The notes under the pieces were generated by a model that ran no database searches, was not told the origin of the DNA, and saw only the letters and a program-made list of their open reading frames with translations. Source: Camelus dromedarius (taxonomy: Eukaryota). From it: a stretch of DNA of 64,000 bases. The position numbers were made by a program, and so were the translations under genes. Positions within the stretch are counted from its first letter, which is position 1, and every line of letters starts with the position of its first letter. Below, one piece after another: positions 14,230-27,814 of this stretch. The stretch is from the NCBI RefSeq assembly GCF_036321535.1, contig NC_087437.1, positions 81,346,001 through 81,410,000 of the forward strand. Reading direction: 5' to 3'.

Positions 14230-15436
14230 CTGAAATTTGAAAAAAAAAATTTCAGACTTGCATCAGTAGTAAACTAGGATATATGTTCAATTAAAATACA
14301 AAACGTAGATCACAGTGCATAACAAATACCTGAAACAAACATCAAAGGATCTAGGAAAGACATATTTGCTTAAAAAGATACTAAAATCAATTTTGCCTAT
14401 TACTTTTACAGCAAAGTACTTATCATATCTTCATAAGAAGAACCAAAACATAGCTAAGATTTATGCAATTAAGAAATCTACTAGTCACCAGGAGATTACA
14501 GTTTAGACTGAAGTATTTTCCATTCTGAAAATTTTAAATATATTTATCAGAAAGCAAAGTAATAATGATTCTTAAGGTTCACATTTTAATTCTAAATACA
14601 GTAAAACATCACTGACACAAATGGAAGAAAACCATATAAAGCAGTGACTAAAAAGGTTGCAAAACAAATTTTTGCAGAATTGCCCTAATAAGTGGGTAGA
14701 CTCTTTCAGGTCCCTGACCATTTTAATACTAAAATGAAAACTACCAATTCCTCCCAGAAAAAAACATTAATCTACACAAGACTGTGAAATCTCCTAGATC
14801 CCAAGGATAAAGAATACTATAATTAGCATATCAAATGCCTGTTCAAAAGCTTTCAAAGGGCTAGGAAAAAAAACTGCTAGAGAGAGAAAGAACAGAAAAA
14901 CAGCAACAACATAGAGCTGGTCAGGGGCTTCTGCGAGGTACCTTCACAGACACAGCTGAGGGTGGAGGGTGGAGTTTGGTCCTGGGGAGGCTGAGAGGAT
15001 GCCCCGAAAATGCTCAGCTACATCAATTTTAACACTGATTAAGCAGACTGATTTTGGATAAAGATGGCAATGAAAGCCGTAACTGAGGATTTTATTATTG
15101 TTTTTAGCTTTTTATAACCAGACCCATTTCTTGTAACAAACTTATTTTCAACTTCAGGGATTCTACTCATAAGCATATTTTTAAGAAAATTAAGTAAATA
15201 TGCAAAAGAGGGAAATTTTTTGTAACTGTCTTTTTCTTTTCTGAATTCCACAACAGAAATAGATTATCTCTGATGGCAAGAACTTATACCTAAGCCAGCC
15301 CTCTACCCTAGTGCCCAACAGTTTATGGAACACAAATCTGTACAATTCAAAACTCTTAAAAACATGATGAAAAACAAATTCAGCACAGGAACTAGATGTG
15401 GGAAGACAAAGTTTCAACAATGAGGATACCATAAGC

Positions 15437-15622
15437 TAGGGGTCACAAGCTGCAACCAATCGGCAGTGGACAAATCCCTGTTTATAGGACTTCAAACTAA
15501 GAATGGTTTTTATATTTTTAAAAGGTTCTAAAGAAAAGATGAGACAGAAACCTTATGTGACCCACAATACTACAATATTTATTTTCTGATCTTTTAAAGA
15601 GCAAGTTTGCTGACCCTTGCCC
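15437..15622. mobile_element. hAT-Charlie MITE (MER58-like)
   Basis: Terminal inverted-repeat remnants aggggtcacaagc and gtttgctgacccttg; internal ctaagaatggtttttatatttttaaa. Confidence 0.65.
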
Positions 15623-15959
15623 TAAACACAAATACGAGAGTTAAGAGAAAGCCAGTAAAACAGTGAGGTCAGTTTAAGATATGCCAAGTTTTAGCTAAGA
15701 GCAAATAATCTTCGGTAAAACAGAAACAGTTAAATTTTGAGTTGTAAAGTCAGGGAGGAAGAAAACGATCAAATTAAGGCACACGTCAGGAAGTCAAAGA
15801 CTGAAGTCAATGTTTCGTAAGTAGATGAAGATTACTAGGGAAGAAAACAGGGAGAAAATCACTCTCCTTTTTTGTTCCTTAACATGGTGACCCTCAAAAA
15901 TTAGTTTTGGGTAACATTAGATCATACATTACAAAAAAGAAAGTACACTTGTAGCTAAA

Positions 15960-16342
15960 TGATTGGCTTAGCTGATTATCAATGATTTATACTCCCCTTC
16001 CACAGTGTAAGTTGTTGGAAAGTGCCTGTCCAACCAGGGATATTTCCCAACCCACTGACACCTCAGCACAGCTATGTGACTGGGGTCTGGCCAATGTGAT
16101 ATGAGCAGAAATGACAGACACCATCTCAAGGCCCGGAGAGTACAATCTCCCATGTGATCCTCTACACTCTGTCTTCATCCATCTGCTTGCCGAACGTCAA
16201 TGCTCAAGGTGAGCTTGTAAGCCATGCATTGAAGATATCAGAGCTTCTGTCAACCTAGGTCCCTGAATAATCTCTTGAGTGTTAAACCACTGAGATTTTA
16301 AGATTTCTGTTGTAACAGCTGTCATTACTTCAAGCCAATACA
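15960..16342 (+). mobile_element. MaLR LTR (MLT1-like)
   Basis: atgtgact..tctggccaatgtgatatgagcagaa and the ending ttaaaccactgagattt..tgttgtaacagc..aataca. Confidence 0.7.
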
Positions 16343-17109
16343 CATAGAGAGACAGAGAAGAAGCTATTAGTGATAAGAAAACTGAGACAGCACAGTGTCA
16401 GAGATATTAAGGGATAAGAGTATTTTAAAAAGGATGGTGTGGGTAGCAGTGCTAAGTACTGAGATCAAGGTGAAATAAACTAGAAATAAATTCAGTGGTA
16501 AGAAAAAAACTGGTAACTGCCCAAAGCATAATTTCAGGAGAGATATTAACAAAGACAGGTTTAAAGAAAAAGAAATAAAGATAGTCTACTACTATAATTT
16601 CACTGTCTCTCTGATGAAACATTTGCCATGTAGAATCCACCTCCATAAAAATAGTTTTGTAGTCACACGTGTCTGGGAACACTGCATAAACTGACAATGT
16701 ACATCAGCATACTATACATGCTCTGAAAATTCCTGCAATAAAGAAATACACTTGTCTTTTTGTAAACCAGCTTTCCCATACTAAGCTGACCGTGAAATCC
16801 TTCCTCATTCAATACCTACTAATATCCCTTTCACTTTGGGAAATATGAGTGAAAGTTTGGTTTTCAAAGCAAACAGGAAACCAGAATTGCACAAGTCATA
16901 GAGAAAAAAAGTGGCTTCTAAAAGTATGTAGAAAGTGTCCTATCATTTAAAACCTCCTTCTAATAATAAATCACTTAGCTATTTTTAACGTATTAAAGAT
17001 GTAACTAACTACATGAACATCCATTAAATAAAAGAAAGTGGCATTCAACTACCAGAATTTTTATTCTGAGTTCAATAAAAAATGGGCAAAAGAACACATA
17101 TGATACTTA

Positions 17110-17349
<240 letters not shown>

Positions 17350-17599
17350 TTATAACTCTACAGAAAGACTGATAAAATGGTTTTGATGATTAAATAGCCA
17401 TAAAACATATTTTAAAAGTTGTAAAGCAAAGGTACTGTTAGAATCTAAGAAATTCTGGCCTTCAAAGGAGATCCACTCTTCTAGTGTTAACATATTCATG
17501 TTAAAATGGTCTGGAGGTAACTTTATTATGTGCATAAGAAAGTAAATTTCATTATTTTATGCATATTATTATTTTACCTACACATTTAACTGCTAATCT

Positions 17600-18485
17600 A
17601 ATTTACATTTCTAATTTCACATGTCTAGAACAAACTCCTGATCATCTCCTCAAAATCTGCGTCTCCTGTAGTCTTCTCTGTTAGTGACAGTTCCTTCCAA
17701 GCTGTTCAAGATTAAAAAAAACTTAGTTCCTCTCTTTTCCTGAGGCCTTAATCCATCAAATTACCAACAAATCTAGTTGCCACAACCATTAAAGTATCTC
17801 TAGAATCCAGTTATTTTAGTACCTTCACCTCTATCAACTTAATCCAAGCCACATCACCTTTAGTGGATTACTGCAAAAGACACCTGACAGGTCTGTCTGC
17901 TTTTTACCTTTGTCTGCTATTTACCTTTGTCTGCTATTAATCTGTTCTTAATATATCAGAGTCATCCCGTTAAATAAAATCTAGTATCACTACTTCAGAG
18001 TCTTCCAATAGAGTTCCATCTCACTCTTGGTAAAAGCTAGAACAAGGTCATGATCTGACCTCTGGCCCCTGGCCAAGTATTTAACCTCATTTACCACTGC
18101 TCTCCTTGGTTACCCTGCTACACTCAAACTTTACATCCTCCTTCTCAACTCAATGCTTTGCACTTGAGGAGTCCATTGTCAGGACTCATGCTCCCTTTAT
18201 CTCAAGCCCTTTCCACACCACTCACATGATTCAGATCACTGATCAAATGTTTATTTCTCAGAGGTTTTCCCTGACCATCTAACTTAAAATGGTGTCACTG
18301 TCACTTTTTTACCCTGCTTCAGTTTTCTGCAAAGCACTTATCACTACTAGACATGAAAAACCTACTAATTTTTTATTGTCTTTTCCACTAGAAAGTAGGG
18401 AAATAAATGGTTTCATTCACTGTATTTTCAGAGCCTAGAACAGTGCCTAACACATAGTTAATCATTCAATAATCGTTAAATGTAA
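17600..18485 (+). mobile_element. L2 LINE 3' fragment
   Basis: L2-type text ending ttcattcactgtattttcagagcctagaacagtgcctaacacatag. Confidence 0.75.
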
Positions 18486-21069
18486 GGGAGAAATAAATAC
18501 TGGCTTCCAAACCCTATTAGCCTATATATACTAAATGCTAACCCTGAGAGAAAAGCACAAGTGTAACACTAAAATAGTCTCAAATTTTTCCTGCTAAAAT
18601 AAGAAAGACCTCATGAGTATTTTCTCTAATTTTTCTATTTTGGGAACTTGAGGACAAAGAACAAGTGAGTGATACCCTCCTGAGCTTTCTAATAAAACTG
18701 TCCACTACTGTTTCTGCATCTTCCACAAGGCACTCCTCCCCAGACCTGAGTGTGTGTGATTAGACTGCACACTTTAAGAATAAGACACAACATATGAAAG
18801 CTGAGTTGTCAAGTGTTTATTAACTTTTTACTGCAGTTTGGGAATCCATCCACCCCACACTGTCAATTAGCGTCACTTGTGTTACACAGTTGGAAGCGTG
18901 CTGCCATTGATTTGAATCATTTACTAAATTATCACAAACAAAAAAGAAAAAATGAAAAAAAGACAATGTGAGAGAACTAAATACTAACTTGCTACAGAAT
19001 TTTCCCTTCTTGGGTTTTACTTTAATCTTATTTCATGTTATTTAGTGTGATTCTCCTGTAATAACTTTGTAATCCTAAAATTCAAAATAATGTCTGAGGT
19101 CTCCAGCAATTTAACTATTACAGTGTAACAACAGAGCATACACTTATGCTTAATTAATGTTAATATTTATTCTTCTCAAAGCCTATCTCTTCTTCCCAAG
19201 ACCAAGATGTTCCTGAGTACATTATCTGTAACTACCGCGCATGTCCCTATCATCAAGTCTTTCCTCCTCCTGCCCCAAGCAAATGCTCTCTCAGATTATT
19301 TAAAGCACCCTACAATCTCGTACTGGCCACAGTCTGGTTTCAACACCGGCTTTTCTGCTGGTGGCTTTCTGTTTCCTCCTCTGAAATTTGTTATTTCATT
19401 AACATTGTATTTAGTTTTCATTAACTCTTCACATTTTGTGTGTGAGTATGTGTGTGTGTGAAAGCACCCTACCTGGCCCCCAACACATCAACGCTTTAAA
19501 TACTTGAAGTTTTCATGAATCCTAATTCATTTCATGAATATTACACATAAATGCCCTAATATTCTTCATGTAAGTGCCCTATGTCCTTCCAATTAACTAC
19601 TCCTCCTTATGTGAATGTCTCTAGATCCCCCTGCCATCCTCTGAACAAATTAATGAATGAATCTTTAATGCCCCATCTTAAAATGGGACACTAAACAATG
19701 AATCTCACACTCTGAGGTCAATTCAGAATAGTGGATTGTGTTCCACCATCTGGATGCTGAGCTGGTCTCAACATAAAATAAGAATACACTTAGTTTTTTT
19801 TACCTGACAATGGACTCCTCAAGAAGACCCTGATTAACTGAAACCTCCATACAACTCCTTCACCTTTCAGCTAAACAGTGCCTCTTCATTTGGGAAACCC
19901 TTGCTGAAAACCTATGTGCCAAGCTCTGAAGTATAATAATTCAGCAAGATGGTAAAGATTCCACCTTGCTTGCCTTGCAGCCTGAGAGGAATGAAGAACT
20001 TCAACAAATCAAGTTACCTTCTCTTACCTACCAGATGTGTAAACCAGCAGTAATATAGCTAAGGCCTGGGGATTAGCTTCAGCAGGACAGTGCTACCTAT
20101 TCTTAGAAGCATTTAATAGTGCCGGCTATATAGTAAGTATTTAAAAGCTTGTTTCTGTTCCCTAACCAAAAAATGAATGCCAAATAAAGTTCTGATAAAG
20201 GGATTGAGAGAAGAAAGCTGAGAAAAGAAAGCTGAACTATCAGGTCAGTTCCTCAGTCAAAACTTCACACTGTAACTTCTCTACGTGGCTAGAAGTTGAC
20301 TCCTACAACCGACATACTCCTAATTAAGACAAATTTCCAACACTGAATGTAATTGATAGTATATCTTTTTGATTGTGAGGGGATTGTCGCTTAGTTCCAA
20401 TAGATCTGGAAACACGAGTCTCTTTTACTTTGTATCTGTCACGTTTCCCTGCAAATTCACGTATTGGTTGGTGTTTCCCATAGACTGTAAACTCCCTGCA
20501 GCCAGGAACCAGGGCTTCTTCCCTGAGGTTGACCCCAGTTGGTGCACTCATCTCCGCAAGGCACGTACACAAGTTTCACAAAAATAAGGGTACCACAAAA
20601 TTTTCCCTTCCAGGGAATATCCCATCCCCACATTTTTTTATGTAACAGTAGAATCCAGGTCCTCTTTTTCTCTACTTCAGTCACAAGGCAGAAACTGGCA
20701 TGAACTCTTTTTCTTCTTCCATCTTGTCCTTGCCTCATGCCCTCTGAAGTCCAGAAATGCCACAGCCACTAACTTATGAAACCTTCCAACAGGAACACTG
20801 TTCTCAGAATCAGAGAATAAAGTGACGTGGCCACAAAACACGTGGCCTCGTTTTATGACAAGGCCACAAAAAGCCTGCCTCTTGACCAGGATCTAGGTTC
20901 AGTGGCCAAACCTCCAGCCCCACTAACCCTGCGGTTAGGGCCCTGCCCAAATTCAGAGAGGCCTGCTTAGGAACCTCCAGGAAGTAGGAATTTCCTTTAA
21001 GAAATCCTAAGCAAAATCAACCCTTGAGTATTTCAAAGAATGCAAGGAGCCTCAAATCCTGTCTGACCA

Positions 21070-21260
21070 GAGGCAGTGTAGCAAGATGGTAAACATTCTC
21101 ACCACCAGCTGTGACCTTAGGCAAATACTTCTCCAAGCTTCACTTTCATTATATGCAAAATGGGAATATCTAAATTTGAAGGATCCTTGTGATGATTAAA
21201 CGAGACCACTTATCTCATTTGAGACGGCTGGCAAAGAAAACTCTTAAAAGTTAGTTGTCA
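21070..21260 (+). mobile_element. MIR SINE
   Basis: gaggcagtgtagc...cagctgtgaccttaggcaaatactt...ttgtgatgattaaacgaga. Confidence 0.7.
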
Positions 21261-21399
21261 TCACCACTGTCAAATCAGGTTGGGCTTCCAGACGACGTCT
21301 GGTTAGGCACTGACACAGCCAAGGAACAAGGCTTCTCCTAAATGACCCGAAACGACTTATTCCCATATGCGCCATTCTCCACCCTTCTCACCCTCCCAA

Positions 21400-22330
21400 G
21401 CCCCTCTGAGGGTTAGGCGCTCCACCACCCCAGGCCTTTGAAAGTCCCTCTCCCCTCCTTCGGGCAGTCCGACCCCTTGGAGACAGGCCGAATCGGCGCA
21501 AGCGCACCTGCTGGCCCAAACACCCCCTAGAGCACCCCCCACCCCCCCAGGCCAGCTACGCTGCCACGGTGGCCAGCAGGCCACTCCTTCCCCTCCCCAT
21601 CCTTGGCCTCCCCTCCCCCACGCGAGGCCCCGCCCGGCCTTCCTCCTCCCGGCCTCCAGCCCCTTCCCACGGCCCCTGGGACCCCCACCCGCCCGGCGCG
21701 AGCCGGCTAGAAACCAGGCCCTGCCAGCATTTCCACGTCTCCCGGCCCGCCTTGCCCGAGAGTTCGGCCGCGCCCCCATCTCCAGCGGCCATACCGGTTT
21801 GCTGAGACTGCCACTGCCGCCCCTGCGCGAGGCCGCCGCCGCTGGGCTCTGGGGCGTTGGGGGCAGGCTGCGGTCCCGGCCCACTCGACTGCCCTCCGGG
21901 GCCGCCGCACCTCGCTGGCAGGCTCGCGCGGGCCCCGGCCAATCGCACGGACCCACCAAGCCTAGCGAGAGCTCGGGCCCAGTACGTGGCAGGTGGGGAA
22001 AGAAGAGGGGCGGGAACAAGAAGAAAATCTGTCCTTTCGCTCCGCCTCACAGCAAGCAGGCCAACCCAAAACGCATGCGCAGCGGCGGGGAGAGAGGGAG
22101 GGCTGACGCCAGGGCCTGCAGGGGCTTGTATGCCTGCTTTCTCACTGGATGACAGTGTAGGAAGTGCGAGCCCCACGGACGCACGCATGCGCGGGGCGTG
22201 ACCAGGCACTTCCGGTTTTCCCGAACGCTCGTTTCCCGTCTGTCCCCCGTGGGCGGGGCGTAATTTGTTGTTCTGGACTCTGAGAGCCGCTTAATTGTGG
22301 GCGTTTGTCCAAGTTTGGGTGTTTTTTGTT
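21400..22330 (-). promoter_or_regulatory. TFG: CpG island: TFG promoter and non-coding exon 1 region
   Basis: Abruptly GC- and CpG-rich, about 4.5 kb upstream of the ATG exon. NRF1-like CGCATGCGC at 22072-22080 and 22184-22192, ETS/GABP CCGGAAGTG (minus) at 22207-22215, GC box at 22251-22260, CCAAT at 21939-21943. Candidate exon-1 donors CCG|gtatgg (21795/21794) and GCT|gtgagg (22051/22050). Confidence 0.9.
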
Positions 22331-24123
22331 GCTTTGTGGCCACTGTAGATCTCCTAGTCATCTCTCAAAAAAACTAACCCTTTTCCCGCCTTCTTTATGC
22401 AAACTCATTCATTACTGGGCGCCTACGTTCTGCCAAGCTATGTACTGGGAAATGGAATGAATCAGTTTGTGAGCAGGGAGTTCCCAACTGCGTTTCCGAG
22501 ACAGGACAAATGTATGTGGGTAAAGGGTAAAGGCTGGGAAATTAATGCCGATTAAAGATTCCACAAGCCTTTTTGGAAATGAGACTTTGGAGCGTACCTT
22601 ACGCACTCTTCCTTTCTCTCACCGAAAACATTTCTTTTGAATATAGGTGTTTATGTAAGAAGTTCCCTGGCTCAGACTGAAGCCTAAATTGGGGGGGATG
22701 GGGGATGGGTAGTGTTATTTTAAAAGCTGCAAGGAACTTCTGCCTTCTAAAACGGAGGCCAAGCAAAAAGCAATTTGAACTTACCTGGTCCCCAATTGTT
22801 CACCAGAAAGGTAAAGTGAATTCAGATGAGAATGTATGTTCTTTTAGTACTGTAAAGAGTGTGATCTTTTTGCAGTTATAAGTCTGAAAAATTGAGAGTG
22901 AAATATGTGAGTTTAGAATGCTCTTGCCTCTGAAATGTATTTTCCAACGCTGTATGTATGTATTGCTCTTTGAGCAGTTGCTTGCAGGGATTGGGGAGCA
23001 GAAGACTGCAGAAAGAATGAAAAAAGTTCCACATTTTCTCCAAAGACTGTTCTTCATTGCTTGTTATTTAGAATTGAGTCATCCAGATTTGGAGAAATGA
23101 ACTGCAGTCCAATAATAATATTCTGATGTCTTTGAAAAGGTTTGAGACTGAATAAAACCACACAAATACGGACACAGGTAAAATATTCCTGAAAGAAGTA
23201 ACTAATACCACTGCCAGTCTTCCTAAAGGGAGGTCAGACCCTGGGGCAGGAAGTAAGGAGAAGCTTAGTGTGGAATGGGGGAGGGGGGAATTTCCTCTCT
23301 CTAGGCTCCCAGGAAAGGGGCACTCACCCAGGAGTCTTGCCATTAAGGAAAAATAAACTGATCCCTGTTACACTGGGGCCAGCTGGAAGCTGGGAAGAGA
23401 GGGACTCATAGGATGGTCTTCCAGAGGGGCTAGGGCCTGTGGACTCTGAAAGCAGCTTAGGGATCTTTATGTTGTAATTCCCTCATGCTTCATCCTCAAA
23501 AATCAGTGAAATCTTGTTTAATGTTAAAACCTGTTCCCACCTACCACTGGGGAAATTGAAAGATGGGGGAGTGATTATTTCTCAGGTCAGAGCAGAAGCA
23601 AGAGCTGCCTAAGGCAAGAAGTGAGAGTAGAACATCATTTGGAAGCCAGATCAGAGGCTCAGGTGACATGGGACAAGGACATCTTTACAACAATTAAAAT
23701 ATTCCCCTAGGATTCTCCAGAAATATACATTTTAAAATTTTCAATGAAAAACTTTATAGAAGATTTTGCCTCTTGCTATCCAGCTGGATGTAGGCTTACA
23801 ATACCATGATTGGGCATGAAATCAAGGATATTTGAGTTTATTTATATGTCATATGAGAGCATGAAATTATCATCTCAGTTTGTCAAACTGCCTCCTTAGG
23901 TTATAAATACCTTTATAACCAAATCATATCCTGCCCATTTTCTTGTTTCAGTCTAATACTAAATTATCCACAAAAACTTCAGTGACCTTTCCTGTTCCTG
24001 ATCACATATAATGATTACATTTTAAAAATTGATTTAAGAGCATAATGAACAGTCGGAAATCAACACCCAACCCAAAGATTAGAACATTACCAATAAACTA
24101 TAATTCCCTATGTGCTCCTCTCC

Positions 24124-24150
24124 CATATATACAAACAGCTCATACAACAT

Positions 24151-24182
<32 letters not shown>

Positions 24183-25100
24183 AAACAACCCAATTCAAAA
24201 ATGGGCAGAAGACCTAAACAAGCAATTCTCCAATGAAGACATACAAATGGCCAATAGGCACATGAAAAAATGCTCAGTATCATTAATTATCAGAGAAATG
24301 CAAATCAAAACTACAATGAGGTATCAGCTCACACCATTCAGGATGGCCATCATTAAAATGTCCACAAATGATAAATGCTGGAGAGAATGTGGAGAAAAGG
24401 GAACCCTCCTACACTGCTGGTGGGAATGTAATTTGGTGCAGCCATTATGGAAAACAGGATGGAGATCCCTTTAAAAACTAAAAATAGACTTACCCTATGA
24501 TCCAGCAATCCCATTCCTAGGCATATATCCGGAGGGAACTCTCAATTCAAAAAGATACATGCACCCCAATGTTCATAGTAGCACTATATACAATATCCAA
24601 GACATGAGAACAACCTGAATGTCCATCAACAGATGACTAGATAAAGAAATTGTGGTATATTTATACAATGGACTACTACTCAGCTATAAAAAATAAAATA
24701 ATGCCATTTGCAGCAACATGGATGGACACAGAGATTGTCATTCTAAGTGAAGTAAGCCAGAAATAGAAAGGAAAATACCGTATCACTCATATGTGGAATT
24801 AAAAAAAAAAGACACAAATGGACTTATTTACAAAATAGAAACAGACACACAGACATAGAGAACAAACTTATGGTTACCAAGGGGGAGAGGGAGTAGGAAG
24901 GGATAAATTGGGAGTTTGAGATTTGCAGATACTAACTACTATATATAAAATAAGTTTATACTGTATAGCACAGGGAACTGTATTCAGTATCTTGTAGTAG
25001 CCTATAGTGAAAAAGAATGAAAACTGACTGAAACATGCTGTACACCAGAAATTGACATATTGTAAACTGACTATACTTCAAAAAATAAATAAAACTAAAA
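24124..25100 (+). mobile_element. Decayed lineage-specific L1 3' fragment (ORF2 C-terminus plus 3'UTR), nested in an older antisense L1M remnant
   Basis: Translation [15 protein letters not shown]...[18 protein letters not shown] parallels 48210-48540, followed by stops and frameshifts. Ends gactatacttc plus A-rich tail. Confidence 0.92.
24151..24180 (+). repeat. (AAC)10 microsatellite
   Basis: Ten perfect AAC units. Confidence 0.95.
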
Positions 25101-27814
25101 GTTCATTTGTTTTCTTGGAGGAATAGTTCCTTTGAGGAAGTATGCCACAAATTTTTATCTATTCTCCTATCAAAGTGTATTTAGGTTGTTCCCAAAAGTT
25201 TCTGCTGTGTGCCTCTATGAACATTCTTGTGTATGTCTCTTGTATGATAGTATCTTAGTTATATGCCAATACATGGATTGCTGAATGGTAGATTATGCAA
25301 ATATTTAGCTGTATAAGATAATGCCAACCCTCCATAGCATTAAGATTGGGGGGGGCGGTGAAATGCTATCTTTTTGTGGTCTTATTGAAGACATTAAAGA
25401 CTACATTATAACCCTGACTTTTTGTACCAAATATTTGACAATTAGTTCTTTATGAAATCTTATGTGATTGTTCTGTATCCTCACTTATAATCCTATTACT
25501 ACCACCCCAACCCCACCCAACTTGAGAGCAGTGATTATATGTTCTCCCTATCCCTGCCAGCATCTGGCATTGATTGCCCTATGTGACTAGTAGGCATGCA
25601 ATGAGTAGTTGTTGAGTCAATGAAATAGTTATTGCTGTTTGTGTAATGTTCCCACAGTTGCTGATACAGGTTTCTGTACTCAGGCTCCCAATAAACACAG
25701 GTGATAATGGGCCACAAAGCAATAACCTGAACTGAACCACTTACCACCCTTATCAAGAACATGATTTCTCCCTCTGTATGTGTAGACACTGATTTTAGTT
25801 ACTGCTGCCTTTCATCAGAGAAACCAGAAAGGCTGTCATATAACTGTCATTTACTAAGCACTTATGATCACATTTATTGGGATAAGCATCAATCAAACCA
25901 TTAAGAAGACTGTTCTAGGAATTCTATAAGCACACCTTTAAAGTGCTATTAATCAAAAAATACCTTACCCTCTGTTTTGTGTGTGGAGCTTACAAAGGTA
26001 CTGAACCAGAGTAAATTGAACTTCATGATTACCTGGCCCTCTGTCCTATGTCCAGGTAAATTTGGTTTGAAACAAATATCAAGAATAACCCTGAATCAGA
26101 AATGTGACAGTTGAAATGTGGGAAGAAAGGAGAAGTAGTGTAAGGAAATACTTTGGCTTCACCTGTAGCAAGGGGAGAAATGAGGATTCTGCATTTGAAG
26201 GTTACTGTCCAAGTTTCAGAGACATCTGAAGAAGGGTTACAGTTGTATTGTGGTTTTGAGAGAGGCAGTCAACTCACTTACCTACCACCTGCTCTTTCTC
26301 CCTGAAGTCTGTGTGGCTAGAACTCATCAAATAGAAGGGGGGAAATCCTAAGAATGAAAAAGGGAGGTTCTTCAACTGGATGGGAAGTGGGACAAAGACC
26401 ATGAGCCTTGGAAACAAGTTGGATGAAACCTCTGTTTCATAATGTTCTCCTTTAGTAATTAGTACAAATGATTTTGATAATTTCAATCATCTCAGCTACC
26501 CTCGGTGAAACCAAAGAAATGGTAAGTTCCTCCTTGGGTGAGAATTTCATAGAAGTTATGTCCCTCCCTAAGAATCAACTGTTTTGGCAGTAGTCAGCTA
26601 AATAGGAGAACACCAGACAGAAGGGGAAACTCATGAGGACCAAATAGGGACCAGCTGGTCAGCTGAGATTCCCTAATATTGGCCAAACAGAAAGATCTGT
26701 TTGTGTAAACAAAGGAAGCTGCTACCCAATGCAGAAATAACAAAGGAGAAAAGAATGTTATTCTCACTGTATACCTCTGAGTGAGTAATTCTTAGCACCA
26801 GCTAAGCGAAATCCTTCAGTCTGACCTGCCGGCTGCACATCCGTGGATAGTCTAAAATGTTTCTGCATTACCATGGGGCTCTACGTCCACCTCTCTTCAG
26901 CGAAACTGCTCCTTGAAGGCAGTTCTTCCTAGATTTTGTATTCCTAGAGTCCGGCCCCTCTACATATTCAATACATATTTATTAAATGAAAGAAAGAAAA
27001 TTAATTTCCTCACCATTTTATAGAGAAATCTTCCAGAAACAAGGAGCAGCCATCACTGGTGAGTTCCTAGCAGTAGAGGATTTTATCTCTGAGTAATCTG
27101 AAATTTATTACTTTTCTTCACTCATGTCTCCTGCAGACAGTGCTGAGTGACCTCAGTGGACTCTGTCAGAGTTTAGATTGAAAGACTAAGTGCCCCAGAT
27201 GTACGAGGAGATCTCAGCAAATTCCATTTGATTAAGAGTAGCTTTTTTTCAGCTCTTTTCAGAAACCTAGATGTCAGACTCTAGAAGTCATACCTGTCAA
27301 ACCAAACTCTGTGTACTTGGAGGTGGTTGCATCTCTAATCTAACATTTATGCCAATGATCTTGTTTTTAGTCCCTCCATATAAATGCATAATTAAACAGG
27401 GTGTTTTCAAAACACAATTTCAATGAAGAAAAACTTACTCATAATAAAAAAGCAAAATAAAACCACAATGAGATGACATGCTTCACATATTGGATAAAAT
27501 TTTATAACACTTTATAGGAAAGGGTATAGCAAAAGAGACATTCATACTTTGATGTGGAGGCATAATTGAAACAAACTATTTAAAGGGTAGTACGTAATAG
27601 TTATCAGCAGCTAATATACCCAAACCTGTAGGACCCAGCAATCCCACTTTTAGGGTGCCAGAGAAAAAACTTGCACATGAGAACACAGATACCCATCAGC
27701 GCGTTTTTTTCAAGTAAAAGACTATAGAGCAATGAAAGGAAATGTGCACATACATACAGTTAGATCTCAAAAACACTTTATTGAGTGAAAAAAGCAAGTT
27801 TAAGTCATGTTACC

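Noticed and set aside
21357..22361. Several 67-220 aa overlapping ORFs
   Set aside because: Expected from stop-codon scarcity in a CpG island. The peptides are low-complexity G/A/R/P-rich with no recognisable domain.
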